A stretch of DNA of 63,619 nt, filler included, from Octopus bimaculoides (GCF_001194135.2; 10 parts of 7 records of this genome joined end to end with filler, not necessarily neighbours in it); one strand, 5' to 3'; positions 38,176 to 49,823 are shown, counted from the first letter of the whole stretch. The notes: generated by a model from the letters alone, not told the origin. Numbers and translations are program-made.

Positions 38176-38914
38176 TCCCNNNNNNNNNNNNNNNNNNNNN
38201 NNNNNNNNNNNNNNNNNNNNNNNNNNNNNNNNNNNNNNNNNNNNNNNNNNNNNNNNNNNNNNNNNNNNNNNNNNNNNNNNNNNNNNNNNNNNNNNNNNNN
38301 NNNNNNNNNNNNNNNNNNNNNNNNNNNNNNNNNNNNNNNNNNNNNNNNNNNNNNNNNNNNNNNNNNNNNNNNNNNNNNNNNNNNNNNNNNNNNNNNNNNN
38401 NNNNNNNNNNNNNNNNNNNNNNNNNNNNNNNNNNNNNNNNNNNNNNNNNNNNNNNNNNNNNNNNNNNNNNNNNNNNNNNNNNNNNNNNNNNNNNNNNNNN
38501 NNNNNNNNNNNNNNNNNNNNNNNNNNNNNNNNNNNNNNNNNNNNNNNNNNNNNNNNNNNNNNNNNNNNNNNNNNNNNNNNNNNNNNNNNNNNNNNNNNNN
38601 NNNNNNNNNNNNNNNNNNNNNNNNNNNNNNNNNNNNNNNNNNNNNNNNNNNNNNNNNNNNNNNNNNNNNNNNNNNNNNNNNNNNNNNNNNNNNNNNNNNN
38701 NNNNNNNNNNNNNNNNNNNNNNNNNNNNNNNNNNNNNNNNNNNNNNNNNNNNNNNNNNNNNNNNNNNNNNNNNNNNNNNNNNNNNNNNNNNNNNNNNNNN
38801 NNNNNNNNNNNNNNNNNNNNNNNNNNNNNNNNNNNNNNNNNNNNNNNNNNNNNNNNNNNNNNNNNNNNNNNNNNNNNNNNNNNNNNNNNNNNNNNNNNNN
38901 NNNNNNNNNNNNNN

Positions 38915-39203
38915 CACTCCACAGACACGTGCACCCTTAACGTAGTTCTCGGGGATATTCAGCGTGACACAGTGTGACAAGGCTGACCCTTTGAATTACA
39001 GGCACAACAGAAACAGGAAGTAAGAGTGAGAGAAAGTTGTGGTGAAAGAGTACAGCAGGGTTCGCCACCATCCCCTGCCAGAGCCTCTTGGAGCTTTTAG
39101 GTGTTTTCGCTCAATAAACACTCACAACGCCCGATCTGGGAATCGAAACCGCGATCCTATGATCATGAGTCCGCTGCCCTAACCACTGGACCATTGCGCC
39201 TCC
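38915..39203 (-). mobile_element. tRNA-derived SINE family C (3' end cut by gap)
   Basis: Reverse complement ggaggcgcaatggtccagtggttagggcagcggactc..ggtttcgattccc (A and B boxes), followed by a family-specific tail gtcagccttgtcacactgtgtcacgctgaatatcccc. Confidence 0.88.
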
Positions 39204-39289
39204 TATTAACAGAATAAGTAACAAGATAAAAGACCAATCTGACCTACATTTTGGAATTTAATGCGTGAAACAAAATGACACGCTTGTTA

Positions 39290-39650
39290 AATGATTTAAA
39301 ATTAGAGCTCATTCGCTTTTGGAAAGAGGTTGAGCTTAAAAAAATGTTATATTGTTTTCTGTCAGGAGAAAAACAGTAGAGACTTAGAAGTAATTGCCGA
39401 CAACAACCTCAATTGGAAATCCCACATAAACAATATAATCCATGTGGCCGACAAGATAAGCTTTTGGGTCCTTATAACTTCCCAGTCTAGAAATTCAGAT
39501 GTTAAAAATACTTTTATATTTTCTACTTGTTCACCGACCCAGCTGGAGTATTGGTTGATGTGATCCTTTGTGGTCTCCCCAATATCAAACAAAATGTTTA
39601 TGAAAATGGAGGTAGCTCAGGGAACAATTACAAAACATATAAAAATATAT
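39290..39650 (+). mobile_element. CR1/L2-group RT fragment
   Basis: KLELIRF..; RDLEVIADNNLNWKSHINNIIHVADKISFWVLITSQSR..QLEY. Confidence 0.75.
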
Positions 39651-39781
39651 ATATATAAATGAATAAATAAAACTAAAATAAAATAGAAAGGATCATCTCA
39701 AAGCGCTCAGACTCTATTTTCTCCATAATCTAATGAGACAATAATTTGATTGGTGGAAACTCAAAAAAAGCCTGATGTGTA

Positions 39782-39837
<56 letters not shown>

Positions 39838-39839
<2 letters not shown>

Positions 39840-40050
39840 GACGCCATGATTAATTGCTGACCAAACCATTCAATTTTTTTTCTCCGTGTTTTTCTCCTTG
39901 TTTTCTCTGTATTCTTTCTGTTGAAGAGCGTAGCTTGAAACGTTAAAGACTTTCTCTATTCCCGAGCGTTAAACTAATACATCCTTTTGTTGTTTACACC
40001 ACCTGTACTCGTCTGTTGTTGTTTTTTTCGTAAATTCACCCATATATACA
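39838..40050 (+). mobile_element. Penelope-like terminal module with a minimal type I hammerhead-like fold (39913-39949)
   Basis: TCTTT-CTGTTGA-A-GAGC-GTA-GCTT-GAA-ACGT-T-AAAGA; homologous to 62095-62345 (minus); bounded by TA-rich microsatellite. Confidence 0.7.
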
Positions 40051-40229
40051 CATACACATTTATGAATTCGTGTTGCAAGATTCCAGATGTGAAGTCGTGT
40101 GTTGAAATAGATATTGTTATATTTCGGGATGGTCCTTTTTGTTGTTTTTTTTTAATGCCAAATAAACACACGCACCATATATTAGTGTTGTTGAAGATGT
40201 TATAAATGTGTGACACAAGATTTGCGGGC

Positions 40230-40580
40230 AATGGTGCAGGAGTGGCTGTGTGGTAAGTAGCTTGCTGACCAACCACATGGTTCTGGGTTCAGTCCCACTG
40301 CGTGGCACTTTGGGCAAGTGTCTTCTACTATAGCCTCAGGCCGAGCAAAGCCTTGTGAGTGGATTTGGTAGAGGGAAACTGAAAGAAGCCCGTCGTATAT
40401 ATGTGTGTGTTTGTGCCCCCAACATCGCTTGACAACCGATGCTGTTGTTTACGCCCCCTTAACTTAGCGGTTCGGCAAAAGAGAAAGATAGAATAAGTAC
40501 TAGGCTTCCGATTTCTTCGACTAAAAGGCGGTGCTTCAGCACGGACACAGTCACATGACTGAAACAAGTAAAAGAGAGAA
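40230..40580 (+). mobile_element. SINE family B, full length, minimal internal microsatellite
   Basis: All family B blocks present; internal tract only about 20 nt. Confidence 0.9.
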
Positions 40581-41189
40581 TATATNNNNNNNNNNNNNNN
40601 NNNNNNNNNNNNNNNNNNNNNNNNNNNNNTTAATTAATTAANNNNNNNNNNNNNNNNNNNNNNNNNNNNNNNNNNNNNNNNNNNNAAAGACTTGACCCGT
40701 CATTCTTTTTGTCGGGGAGTGATGCAGAGAGAAGAGAACAGCTTGTTATTCTTTTTTCCGACATTTTTCAGATATGATACGTGTGAAATGTGAAAATGGA
40801 AGTTTTTCAAACGAAGAATTCACCCCTAAATGGGGGAAATCTCGCCTAACCGACTAGCTCCGCAAGAACCTAGTCGGCTTGGCTACAACAATATATAAAA
40901 TTTAAAACAGATTTCAAAAGATTTCCGGGTAAAAACGGCAACAACTTACAGAGCTTCGGGAGACACGTCCATTCGCTTGAATAATAATAATAATAATAAT
41001 AATAGTATACTGATATTCACATCTTTGAAATTTTGGATTTCTGATTTTTTTTATTTTTATTTAATTTTCATAAGTTTTGCTGTGGTTTACAGCTTTTGTA
41101 ATTGTGCAGTTTGTATATATTAGCAGGTGCTTAAATCCTTATTTTTTATCGTGCATTTAATTGTGTTGTTGCAATAAAAGACATGCTTA

Positions 41190-41550
41190 CATATTCGGGT
41201 AGTCATGGAGAAAAGAAAGGTAAAATTTTCACACAAAATCTTAGATATTAATTTTTTTAATTTTCTAGGGATGATCTTTTGTATGTCCGATCAGAGAAGA
41301 CTGTAGTGTTTTTGCAATAAAATCGATGTTTACAGTTTCGAATACTCAGGGAGTAAGGAAAGAAAAGGAGGGTAAAATTTTCACAGAAAACTGTGGATAT
41401 TAAAGTTTTAAAATTTACTAAAAATGATCTATTGTTTGTCCGAACAGAGAAAACTGTAGTGTTCTTAGAATAAAAAGGATGTTTACATTTTCGAATACTC
41501 AGGGAGAAAGGAAAGAATAGGTATTCACAGAAGTTGTAGATATCAATTTT
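41190..41550. repeat. Tandem repeat, about 153-bp period, about 2.3 copies
   Basis: atgatct at 41271 and 41424; tttcgaatactcagggag..aaggaaagaa in both units. Confidence 0.85.
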
Positions 41551-41749
41551 TTTTTAATTGATCATGTGTGTGTTCGAAAATTGTAGATATGTAAGGTTCT
41601 TAACTTATTTTGATGGAAATTTAAAATACTCACAGGAAATTGTAGTTATTACAGTTTTTGAGAGTTATTTTTCAGTTGTCTTGCTGGGTTGTATTAGTGT
41701 TTCTGTGTCTTCAGCTGCTGACTATTATTATCATTATTATTATTATTAT

Positions 41750-41822
<73 letters not shown>

Positions 41823-41824
41823 TA

Positions 41825-42150
41825 AGATGTCGCACAGTATCCAATATCGTGATGTTGTTGGTTGAAGATATTGTGTCTACCGGGAGACTGTACTGTCTGT
41901 CAAGTCACAGCGAGGACTTCAGATAGATAGTACTTTATGCAATATGCGTGCAGTTCCAAGTAATACCGATTTTTGCAATACACATAGATTGTAGGGTATT
42001 TCCAAAGTTTCCAGATGATTTTTGAGGTTGGGTGGTATTGAACCCAATGCTCCGATGAGAATAAAACAGAACTTCTAGCTTGTATTACTTTGTCAGTCTG
42101 AGTGTTAATGTCCCACATCATCTTGTATTTCTTACTTTCTAGTACTTTAC
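41825..42150 (-). mobile_element. R4/Dong-clade 3' end with (ACT)n(AAT)n tail
   Basis: MMWDINTQTDKVIQAR, then a shifted frame giving IGALGSIPPNLK ... LQKSVLLGTARILHKVLSI*; microsatellite at 41722-41822. Confidence 0.8.
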
Positions 42151-42571
42151 TAAGTTCATTTTCCTATCCACAACTTTTCATTGTATTGAAATGGTCTTTT
42201 TAAGGATTGTCAAAAAATAAAAAAATAAATAAAAGTAAAAACTTATTTACTTATACCCTTGTTTTGAAAGAAAAAAGAAAAAACAGAGAATAAGAAATAA
42301 AAAAGGAAAAATAAATAATAAAAGAATGTTTTCCTGTCCTTTTTATATTCTTTGAGTTATATTTAGAATATATTCCTGTCATACATTTATTTATTTATTT
42401 TTGGCCAGGTGTAGTTCTGTATGAGAATACATTAGTATAATATTTGTAAATTAATAATTTTAAAAATCAGTTAGTAAGTAAAATAAAATAACTATATATA
42501 TCATATTATACCCATACATATATAGATATACATACATACAAAACGTACTCTTTGCTTTTCTTTTTTCTCTT

Positions 42572-43200
42572 TCAAACATTTAACTTCGGAGAGAATCTTT
42601 TTATGAAGTGTAGTTCCATTGCCTTTCGGTATTGCGGATCGTCCTATGTACATTTGTAGAAGGGAAAGATTTTGAACTTTCGTCTCCACATATTTCTAAA
42701 TGTTTACTCAATGGAATCTTTCGTAGTTCTTCTTGCCGGATATGTTGCCTGTGAATTCTTGCACGTTCGCAGAGGAGTTATTCGTTTCACCAATGTAATT
42801 TTCTTTACATTTTGGGCAGGTAATGCAGTATATGAGATTTTGTGTTTTACATTTCATATCTGCATTTATCTTTAAAATATATCCGCTCTTGAACTTTACA
42901 TGGGAACCACTTTCTATATACTTGAAGTTGTTGGTATTGTTACACGTTTCACATCTATCTCCACATTCTTTTACTATGAATTCTGGTTTGCTCTCTGATC
43001 TGAATTCTGCCCTTGTGCGGTGTTTTTTAAGGTTTTTGGTTGACGTCTGCTATTCCGTAAGGTGTTTTTTCAATCAGAGTTTTCATCTTGGGGCTTTGTA
43101 GGAGTATAGGATAGTTTGATTTTATGACGTGGAATATGTTAGTTATTCCAGGACTGTATATGTTAATGAACGGAATGGTGTTTTCATTAACTTTTTCTTT
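42572..43200 (-). mobile_element. Penelope-like element, degenerate linker and GIY-YIG endonuclease
   Basis: TIPFINIYSPGITNIFHVIKSNYPILLQSPKMKTLI; KECGDRCETC; MKCKTQNLIYCITCPKCKENYIGET; ARIHRQHIRQEELRKIPLSKHLEIC; KAMELHFIKRFSPKLNV* (stop 42572-42574). Confidence 0.88.
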
Positions 43201-44244
43201 AGGTGTCCGTAGTTGGGTGATATTCAGTTTCATCGCCTTTTTAATTCCTTCATTAATTAAGCCTAAGGGGTATTTTTGTATACATATATGTATGTATGTA
43301 TGTATGTATGAACGTATGTTTATATATATATGTATGTATATATACTTATATATTATTTATATTATATATGTATATATATATATATATATNNNNNNNNNNN
43401 NNNNNNNNNNNNNNNNNNNNNNNNNNNNNNNNNNNNNNNNNNNNNNNNNNNNNNNNNNNNNNNNNNNNNNNNNNNNNNNNNNNNNNNNNNNNNNNNNNNN
43501 NNNNNNNNNNNNNNNNNNNNNNNNNNNNNNNNNNNNNNNNNNNNNNNNNNNNNNNNNNNNNNNNNNNNNNNNNNNNNNNNNNNNNNNNNNNNNNNNNNNN
43601 NNNNNNNNNNNNNNNNNNNNNNNNNNNNNNNNNNNNNNNNNNNNNNNNNNNNNNNNNNNNNNNNNNNNNNNNNNNNNNNNNNNNNNNNNNNNNNNNNNNN
43701 NNNNNNNNNNNNNNNNNNNNNNNNNNNNNNNNNNNNNNNNNNNNNNNNNNNNNNNNNNNNNNNNNNNNNNNNNNNNNNNNNNNNNNNNNNNNNNNNNNNN
43801 NNNNNNNNNNNNNNNNNNNNNNNNNNNNNNNNNNNNNNNNNNNNNNNNNNNNNNNNNNNNNNNNNNNNNNNNNNNNNNNNNNNNNNNNNNNNNNNNNNNN
43901 NNNNNNNNNNNNNNNNNNNNNNNNNNNNNNNNNNNNNNNNNNNNNNNNNNNNNNNNNNNNNNNNNNNNNNNNNNNNNNNNNNNNNNNNNNNNNNNNNNNN
44001 NNNNNNNNNNNNNNNNNNNNNNNNNNNNNNNNNNNNNNNNNNNNNNNNNNNNNNNNNNNNNNNNNNNNNNNNNNNNNNNNNNNNNNNNNNNNNNNNNNNN
44101 NNNNNNNNNNNNNNNNNNNNNNNNNNNNNNNNNNNNNATCTACTTTTCCAGTGAAATTCTTCACTGATATCGAAAAGGTGAAAACAAGCAATGTTAATTC
44201 TCTAAATGAAGTATTAACAGTAACTGCACGATAAAGTGTAGTAT

Positions 44245-44520
44245 ATTGCCACTTAAGTGTGGCTGACCCCTAGGGGTGGATGTTACTGTTGCTTTTAGCC
44301 CCAGGAGGACATCTCCTCCAGCTGGCTTATCGACACACGACTGTGTCCTGTTTGCCAAGGGAAGTTATCCCTCTCACCACGATCTGCAGCACGAACGGAT
44401 CCGGATTTCAGGGTTATTTCCCTTCGTCGGCGTTCGATAGCTGCTGACCTTGGCGCTCCTGGTGATTAGTTGCGTAGGTACAGTCCTTGGTAAAAGGTAT
44501 ACGGTATCAGGTATTTCAGC
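44245..44520. repeat. GC-richer, hairpin-rich segment, probably an interspersed repeat such as a LINE 5' UTR
   Basis: Palindromic cccctagggg and gccacttaagtgtggc; hairpin ggaggacatctcctcc; no ORF. Repeat status is recalled, not shown by a second copy here. Confidence 0.35.
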
Positions 44521-44724
44521 GGGTAAGCCGTAGTTTAAATTACATGCAAGAAGAAAATGGAGGCAAAATAACAGGAAGAAGCTGGTTGTTTGCGCTATTA
44601 TGCCATTAATTTAATTAATTAATTAAAAAAAGTGGTAGTAATAGTACATTTACGATCGTTTCTGTTTACCAGTTGTAGTGGTGGATATCATTAGAATGCA
44701 TAGTCGTACTATGTATGTTATGTC

Positions 44725-44764
<40 letters not shown>

Positions 44765-44770
<6 letters not shown>

Positions 44771-45690
44771 TATGAGTAACACTATTCTCTTTTGATTTGC
44801 ATAACCTACATTGGGAATCTACATGGTTTTTGTCTATGTTAGCTTTTATCTAATTAATCCTTAGTGCTTGATCTTGTGCTGCTACTAACAAACTGCCTGT
44901 GTCCCTTTTCAGCCTTCTTTTCTGCAACCATAGCTATAACTATTTGCGGCAACTATCTTTGGGAATCTACCATGTAAAGTTTTCTCCTGCCAGTCAGATA
45001 ACTTTCGTTCTTTTCTTTGGTTTTTAAGTTCGTTTGGCATTTTGGTTTCCCTATATCTTACTGTGACTCAAGCAGCTTTTAATAAACTTTCTTCACTATT
45101 ACCTACTGATATTAACCCTCTTCCGCCTGCTTGGTAAGTATAATTTTGATACTCCTGCCTTTGGGTGGAGTCCTCCATTTATATTTAATTCCTCCCTAGT
45201 TCTTCTTGTCTAGATTTACTAATTCAGATTTTGTCCAATCTACTATAGCTGCTGAATATCTAAGTAACAATATTGCCCAAGTATTTACAGCCTTCCCTAG
45301 ATTCGGACCATTTAGCTTTGACTTCATTAGCTTCCTCACCCTTCTAGTGTATACCTTCTCAATTTTCGTTTTCATCTCTATAGTTAGTACTCTGTCAGAT
45401 TCTAATACTCATAGATACTTATAACTCTCTCCTTCTTTCAATGATTTTAATGTCTGGTCATCTGGTAATTGAATGCATTCACTGTTGACTACCTGTCCCA
45501 TTCTCATAACTAATATTGCACAATTATCTATGCCAAATTCCACGCCTACACCTTTGCTGAAGGGTCTTACAGTCTATATTAAGGAATCTATCTCTTTTTC
45601 ATTCTTACTAAAATGCTTCAGATCATCCATTTTGAACAAATGGTTAATTTTTTCATTATTATTTCTGAACTAATACCTGTCTTTGCCTTT
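44765..45690 (-). mobile_element. 5'-truncated R4/Dong-clade element: RT C-terminal half, thumb and CCHC knuckle (stops and frameshifts)
   Basis: KINHLFKMDDLKHFSKNEKEIDSLI*TVRPFSKGVGVEFGIDNC..SLKEGESYKYL*VLE..SKLNGPNLGKAVNTWA..DWTKSEL; later LVAAQDQALRIN*IKANID..SQCRLCKSKENSVTHIV. Confidence 0.9.
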
Positions 45691-45749
45691 TTGCCTAATT
45701 ATTATTATCATTATTATTATTATCATTATTATTATTATTATTATTATTT

Positions 45750-46148
45750 TATTCTGACTTTTGTTTTGCATTTGTACAAGTTGGATCCAAGTCTCACCCT
45801 GAGACCTCAAGAGACAACAAGTTAGAAGTTCATGTAGGTGTTATGCCTAGGGTACCATATATTTGGATTTGTACAGTTTTGTTCAAGTGAATGTTTAAGA
45901 AACCATAAGAAAATTATGTTTGCTTTAAAATTTGAGATCACATAGACAGTATTTTACGTAGGATATGGGCAGTTCCCATGAGCACTATCTTTTGAACTTC
46001 AGCCATTTTGGGGTTTCCTGGTATCTGAGCTAGGTAGTAATCAGCCCGTTTCGCTGTCATTCCCAGGGCACCTATGACAATAGGTATTGTTTTCGTCTTC
46101 AGATTCCACATTTTGCTAATCTCTATTTCAAGATCTTTATATTTGCTC
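45750..46148 (-). mobile_element. R4/Dong-clade 3' end with uninterrupted C-terminal frame, 3' UTR and (AAT)n tail; cut by assembly join
   Basis: SKYKDLEIEISKMWNLKTKTIPIVIGALGMTAKRADYYLAQIPGNPKMAEVQKIVLMGTAHILRKILSM* (46147-45938); tail at 45697-45750. Confidence 0.9.
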
Positions 46149-47157
46149 NNNNNNNNNNNNNNNNNNNNNNNNNNNNNNNNNNNNNNNNNNNNTTAATTAA
46201 TTAANNNNNNNNNNNNNNNNNNNNNNNNNNNNNNNNNNNNNNNNNNNNATATATACACACACACATACACACACACTCACATGTATACATACATACTCAC
46301 ACACACATACACACGCACAGACACACACGCACTTCTATGTATATCATTTTGTTCGTTTCTTCTGTGTTGTCTGTAAGCCTGTAGCTATCTCTCAATCTAT
46401 TAACCTACCTATATGTTTATTTGTATGTGCAATAGTGTATGCGCTTGTCCGAATGCCTGTCTGTCTGTGTGTCCATCATCTTTCTTTCCTCTCTCTCCTC
46501 CTTCTCTCCCGTGCTCTCTCCTCCCTCTCCCCTCTCCTCTTTTCCCCACCTCTCGCTACAGTTGTACAGCTTTGTCGCCATGTTGTCGTCAGTCAACAAA
46601 ACTATGTTTGTATTACAGGGATGTTTATGTTTGCTTTTTGTTTCGTTTCCTTGTGTCTGCGGTGGGGAAGATAAGTCGTTATTTCTCTATCTTTTCTACA
46701 TGTTCTGACAGTGACAGCTCCATTATGTATGTGCGTGTGTGCATGTATCTGCGTGTGTAGGTGTTGTGTGTATTTGAATGTGCCAGCAAGCATGTGTATA
46801 TGTGTGTGTGCGCGCGTGTGCGTGCGCATGTGTGTGTATGTGTATGTGTGTGAGCGTGTGCGTGTGCGAACACTTATGTCTATATTTTGTCTGCATTTGT
46901 GTGTTATTGAGTTATGACTGCAATTTAGACGCAGCATGGCGGAATAGTTAAAAAAGTAGCTTCGCTATTAAGAGATCTCGGTTTCGTATCTATTGCGCAG
47001 TATATGGGCTAAATGTTTTTATATCATAAACTCAGTGACACTCAAGCATTGTGAGAGAAACTGGGTTGATAGAAAATGGTTGGAAGCCTGTCGGATTATC
47101 CTTGTAATTTAATCCTTTAACATTTAAAACCAGGGATCTATTCCATCTCAATCACAG

Positions 47158-47936
47158 ATTTTTAAATTAATTTTTTTTAGCTAAACAGTTTGAAACTTCG
47201 AATACTGGTAGAATTTCTTACGTAGAACACGGTTTACTCTAAACGTTTTTGACAAAATTTCGTATTTTAGAAGTTATTTGGTGTTGTCGTATTTGAGTAA
47301 TTTCAACCAATCAACGACGTGTATTCGGTTGAAGAAAGCTACTGCTGTTTGCGATAGTAATCGAAGAGGAACAACTTCCGGGGTCATCTCTACTAAATGT
47401 CATCACTCTGTTATAGAGCAACGTGTCCGTAGCTAGCTTTTTTGTTGTTGACGTATATGTAGTTTCAAAATGCCTTATTTTACAACTATGAGATGTTTTT
47501 TTATTGTCATGATTTTATCAACAACAAACACATTTCGTCAATATAAAAGTCTTCATTAGATAAAAAAAAAATAACATTATCAAAACATGAAGGTAAAACA
47601 AAACAAATAGCGGCTTATACAGCGGAAAATACGGTAATTGTAGTAGCAGTGACAAGAGTGGTGACATTTAGTAGAGATGACCCAGAAGTTGTTCCTCTTC
47701 GATTACTTTCGCAAACAACAGTAGCATTCGTCAACCAAATCTACGTCGTTGATTATTTGAAATTACCCAAATACGACAACTTTAACACCAAATAACTTCT
47801 AAAGACGAAATTTTGTCAAAAACGTTCAGAATAAAGCGTGTTCTACGTGAAAAATTCTACCGATATAAGAAGTTTCAAACTGTTTAGCAAAAAAANNNNN
47901 NNNNNAAAAAAAAAAAAAAAATCAATTTTTTTAAAA
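47158..47936. mobile_element. Long-TIR non-autonomous DNA element (about 250-bp arms, 245-bp spacer)
   Basis: 47160-47409 (..gctaaacagtttgaaactt ... gggtcatctctactaaatgtcatcactct) is the reverse complement of 47655-47935. Confidence 0.88.
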
Positions 47937-48145
47937 CGGGTCATATCAGGCTGAAATATCCTACCTGTTTATGTTGATTCAGGCCAGATCTGGCCTCTCA
48001 CACCCAGCCTACTATGTCATTCTACAGATAAACAGTCACATCATCAATATTTCAAAGCTACGAGATAATGCATGACTAACCCAAAACAACGTGAATCAAT
48101 AAGCATTACATTAGACAAAGTAATTTGAATTCTAAACTGTTAAAA
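47930..48145. mobile_element. Probable piggyBac-type MITE remnant
   Basis: Ends ..ttagacaaagtaatttgaattctaaactgttaa; a possible left end ttaatcctttaacatttaaaac lies at about 47109. Family recalled as an octopus TTAA-type MITE. Confidence 0.45.
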
Positions 48146-48191
48146 TTATTACCCTTGTCACAGTATTGCACTCGTTCCACTTGAGAAGTAC

Positions 48192-48349
48192 ATAGGCGTA
48201 GGAGTGAGTGTGTGATAAGTACCTTGTTTGCCAACAACATGGTTCCGGTTCAGTCCCACTGCGTGGCACCTTGGGCAAGTTCTACTATAGCTCGGGCAGA
48301 CCAAAGCCTTGTGAGTGGAATTGGTAGACGGAAACTGAAAGAATCCCGT

Positions 48350-48350
<1 letters not shown>
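48192..48350 (+). mobile_element. SINE family B head running into (TA)n(TG)n and a gap
   Basis: ggcgtaggagtg..ggttccggttcagtcccactgcgtggcaccttgggcaag ... gaaactgaaagaatcccgttgtatatata. Confidence 0.88.
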
Positions 48351-48439
<89 letters not shown>

Positions 48440-49823
48440 NNNNNNNNNNNNNNNNNNNNNNNNNNNNNNNNNNNNNNNNNNNNNNNNNNNNNNNNNNNNN
48501 NNNNNNNNNNNNNNNNNNNNNNNNNNNNNNNNNNNNNNNNNNNNNNNNNNNNNNNNNNNNNNNNNNNNNNNNNNNNNNNNNNNNNNNNNNNNNNNNNNNN
48601 NNNNNNNNNNNNNNNNNNNNNNNNNNNNNNNNNNNNNNNNNNNNNNNNNNNNNNNNNNNNNNNNNNNNNNNNNNNNNNNNNNNNNNNNNNNNNNNNNNNN
48701 NNNNNNNNNNNNNNNNNNNNNNNNNNNNNNNNNNNNNNNNNNNNNNNNNNNNNNNNNNNNNNNNNNNNNNNNNNNNNNNNNNNNNNNNNNNNNNNNNNNN
48801 NNNNNNNNNNNNNNNNNNNNNNNNNNNNNNNNNNNNNNNNNNNNNNNNNNNNNNNNNNNNNNNNNNNNNNNNNNNNNNNNNNNNNNNNNNNNNNNNNNNN
48901 NNNNNNNNNNNNNNNNNNNNNNNNNNNNNNNNNNNNNNNNNNNNNNNNNNNNNNNNNNNNNNNNNNNNNNNNNNNNNNNNNNNNNNNNNNNNNNNNNNNN
49001 NNNNNNNNNNNNNNNNNNNNNNNNNNNNNNNNNNNNNNNNNNNNNNNNNNNNNNNNNNNNNNNNNNNNNNNNNNNNNNNNNNNNNNNNNNNNNNNNNNNN
49101 NNNNNNNNNNNNNNNNNNNNNNNNNNNNNNNNNNNNNNNNNNNNNNNNNNNNNNNNNNNNNNNNNNNNNNNNNNNNNNNNNNNNNNNNNNNNNNNNNNNN
49201 NNNNNNNNNNNNNNNNNNNNNNNNNGTTATCCTCTACTCTAATAGATTTTTCAGATTTAAATTTTGTGAAGGGATTTGTCTCTTTTTATAGTATTAGCGA
49301 ATGGGTTGGGGTGGAGAAAGAGAGGGGGAAAAAGAGTAATGTGGAGTGTATAAGGTAGGAAAAGAGGAAGAGGAATGGGGAAATAGTGGAGGGAGAAAGT
49401 GAGAGTGTGCGTGTGTGCGTGCGTGCGTGTGTGTGTTTGTGCTTGTGTATCTGAAAGAAAGCGTTTTGAACAAGAGACAAAAAGAAAGAAGAAAAAATGT
49501 GTTTATATCTATGCAGTTGGTCAGTTCTTTCAATAGAAGATGACAAGTTGATACCTGGTCTGTAAAAATGGAAGACCAAGTGGTTACTCTAAGAGAGGTA
49601 TGTTTTGATGAAGAATAATGAAAGTTATTTTTCAAAATATTGTCTGAACTTATTATCATCATCATCATCAACATTGTTCAATGCTTGATTCTCATGCTGG
49701 TATGGGTTGGAAAATCTGGATGCAAGAATGTTTCTATTTATGTATATACATACACACACACATATGCATATATCTTAGGGTTCCCGAAGGGTTTATAAGG
49801 AAGTTGATGTGATTTTTATATTT

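Noticed and set aside
38036-38980. Long ORFs of 260-360 aa (also at 43124-44234 and 48212-49358)
   Set aside because: They are composed almost entirely of N-derived X residues.
39130-39203. tRNA-like sequences (also heads at 14971, 26955, 50960)
   Set aside because: A and B boxes are present, but they continue into SINE bodies and lack a proper acceptor stem; not tRNA genes.
44611-44626. ttaattaattaattaa outside an N gap
   Set aside because: Not flanked by N and in AT-rich context; probably natural and uninformative.
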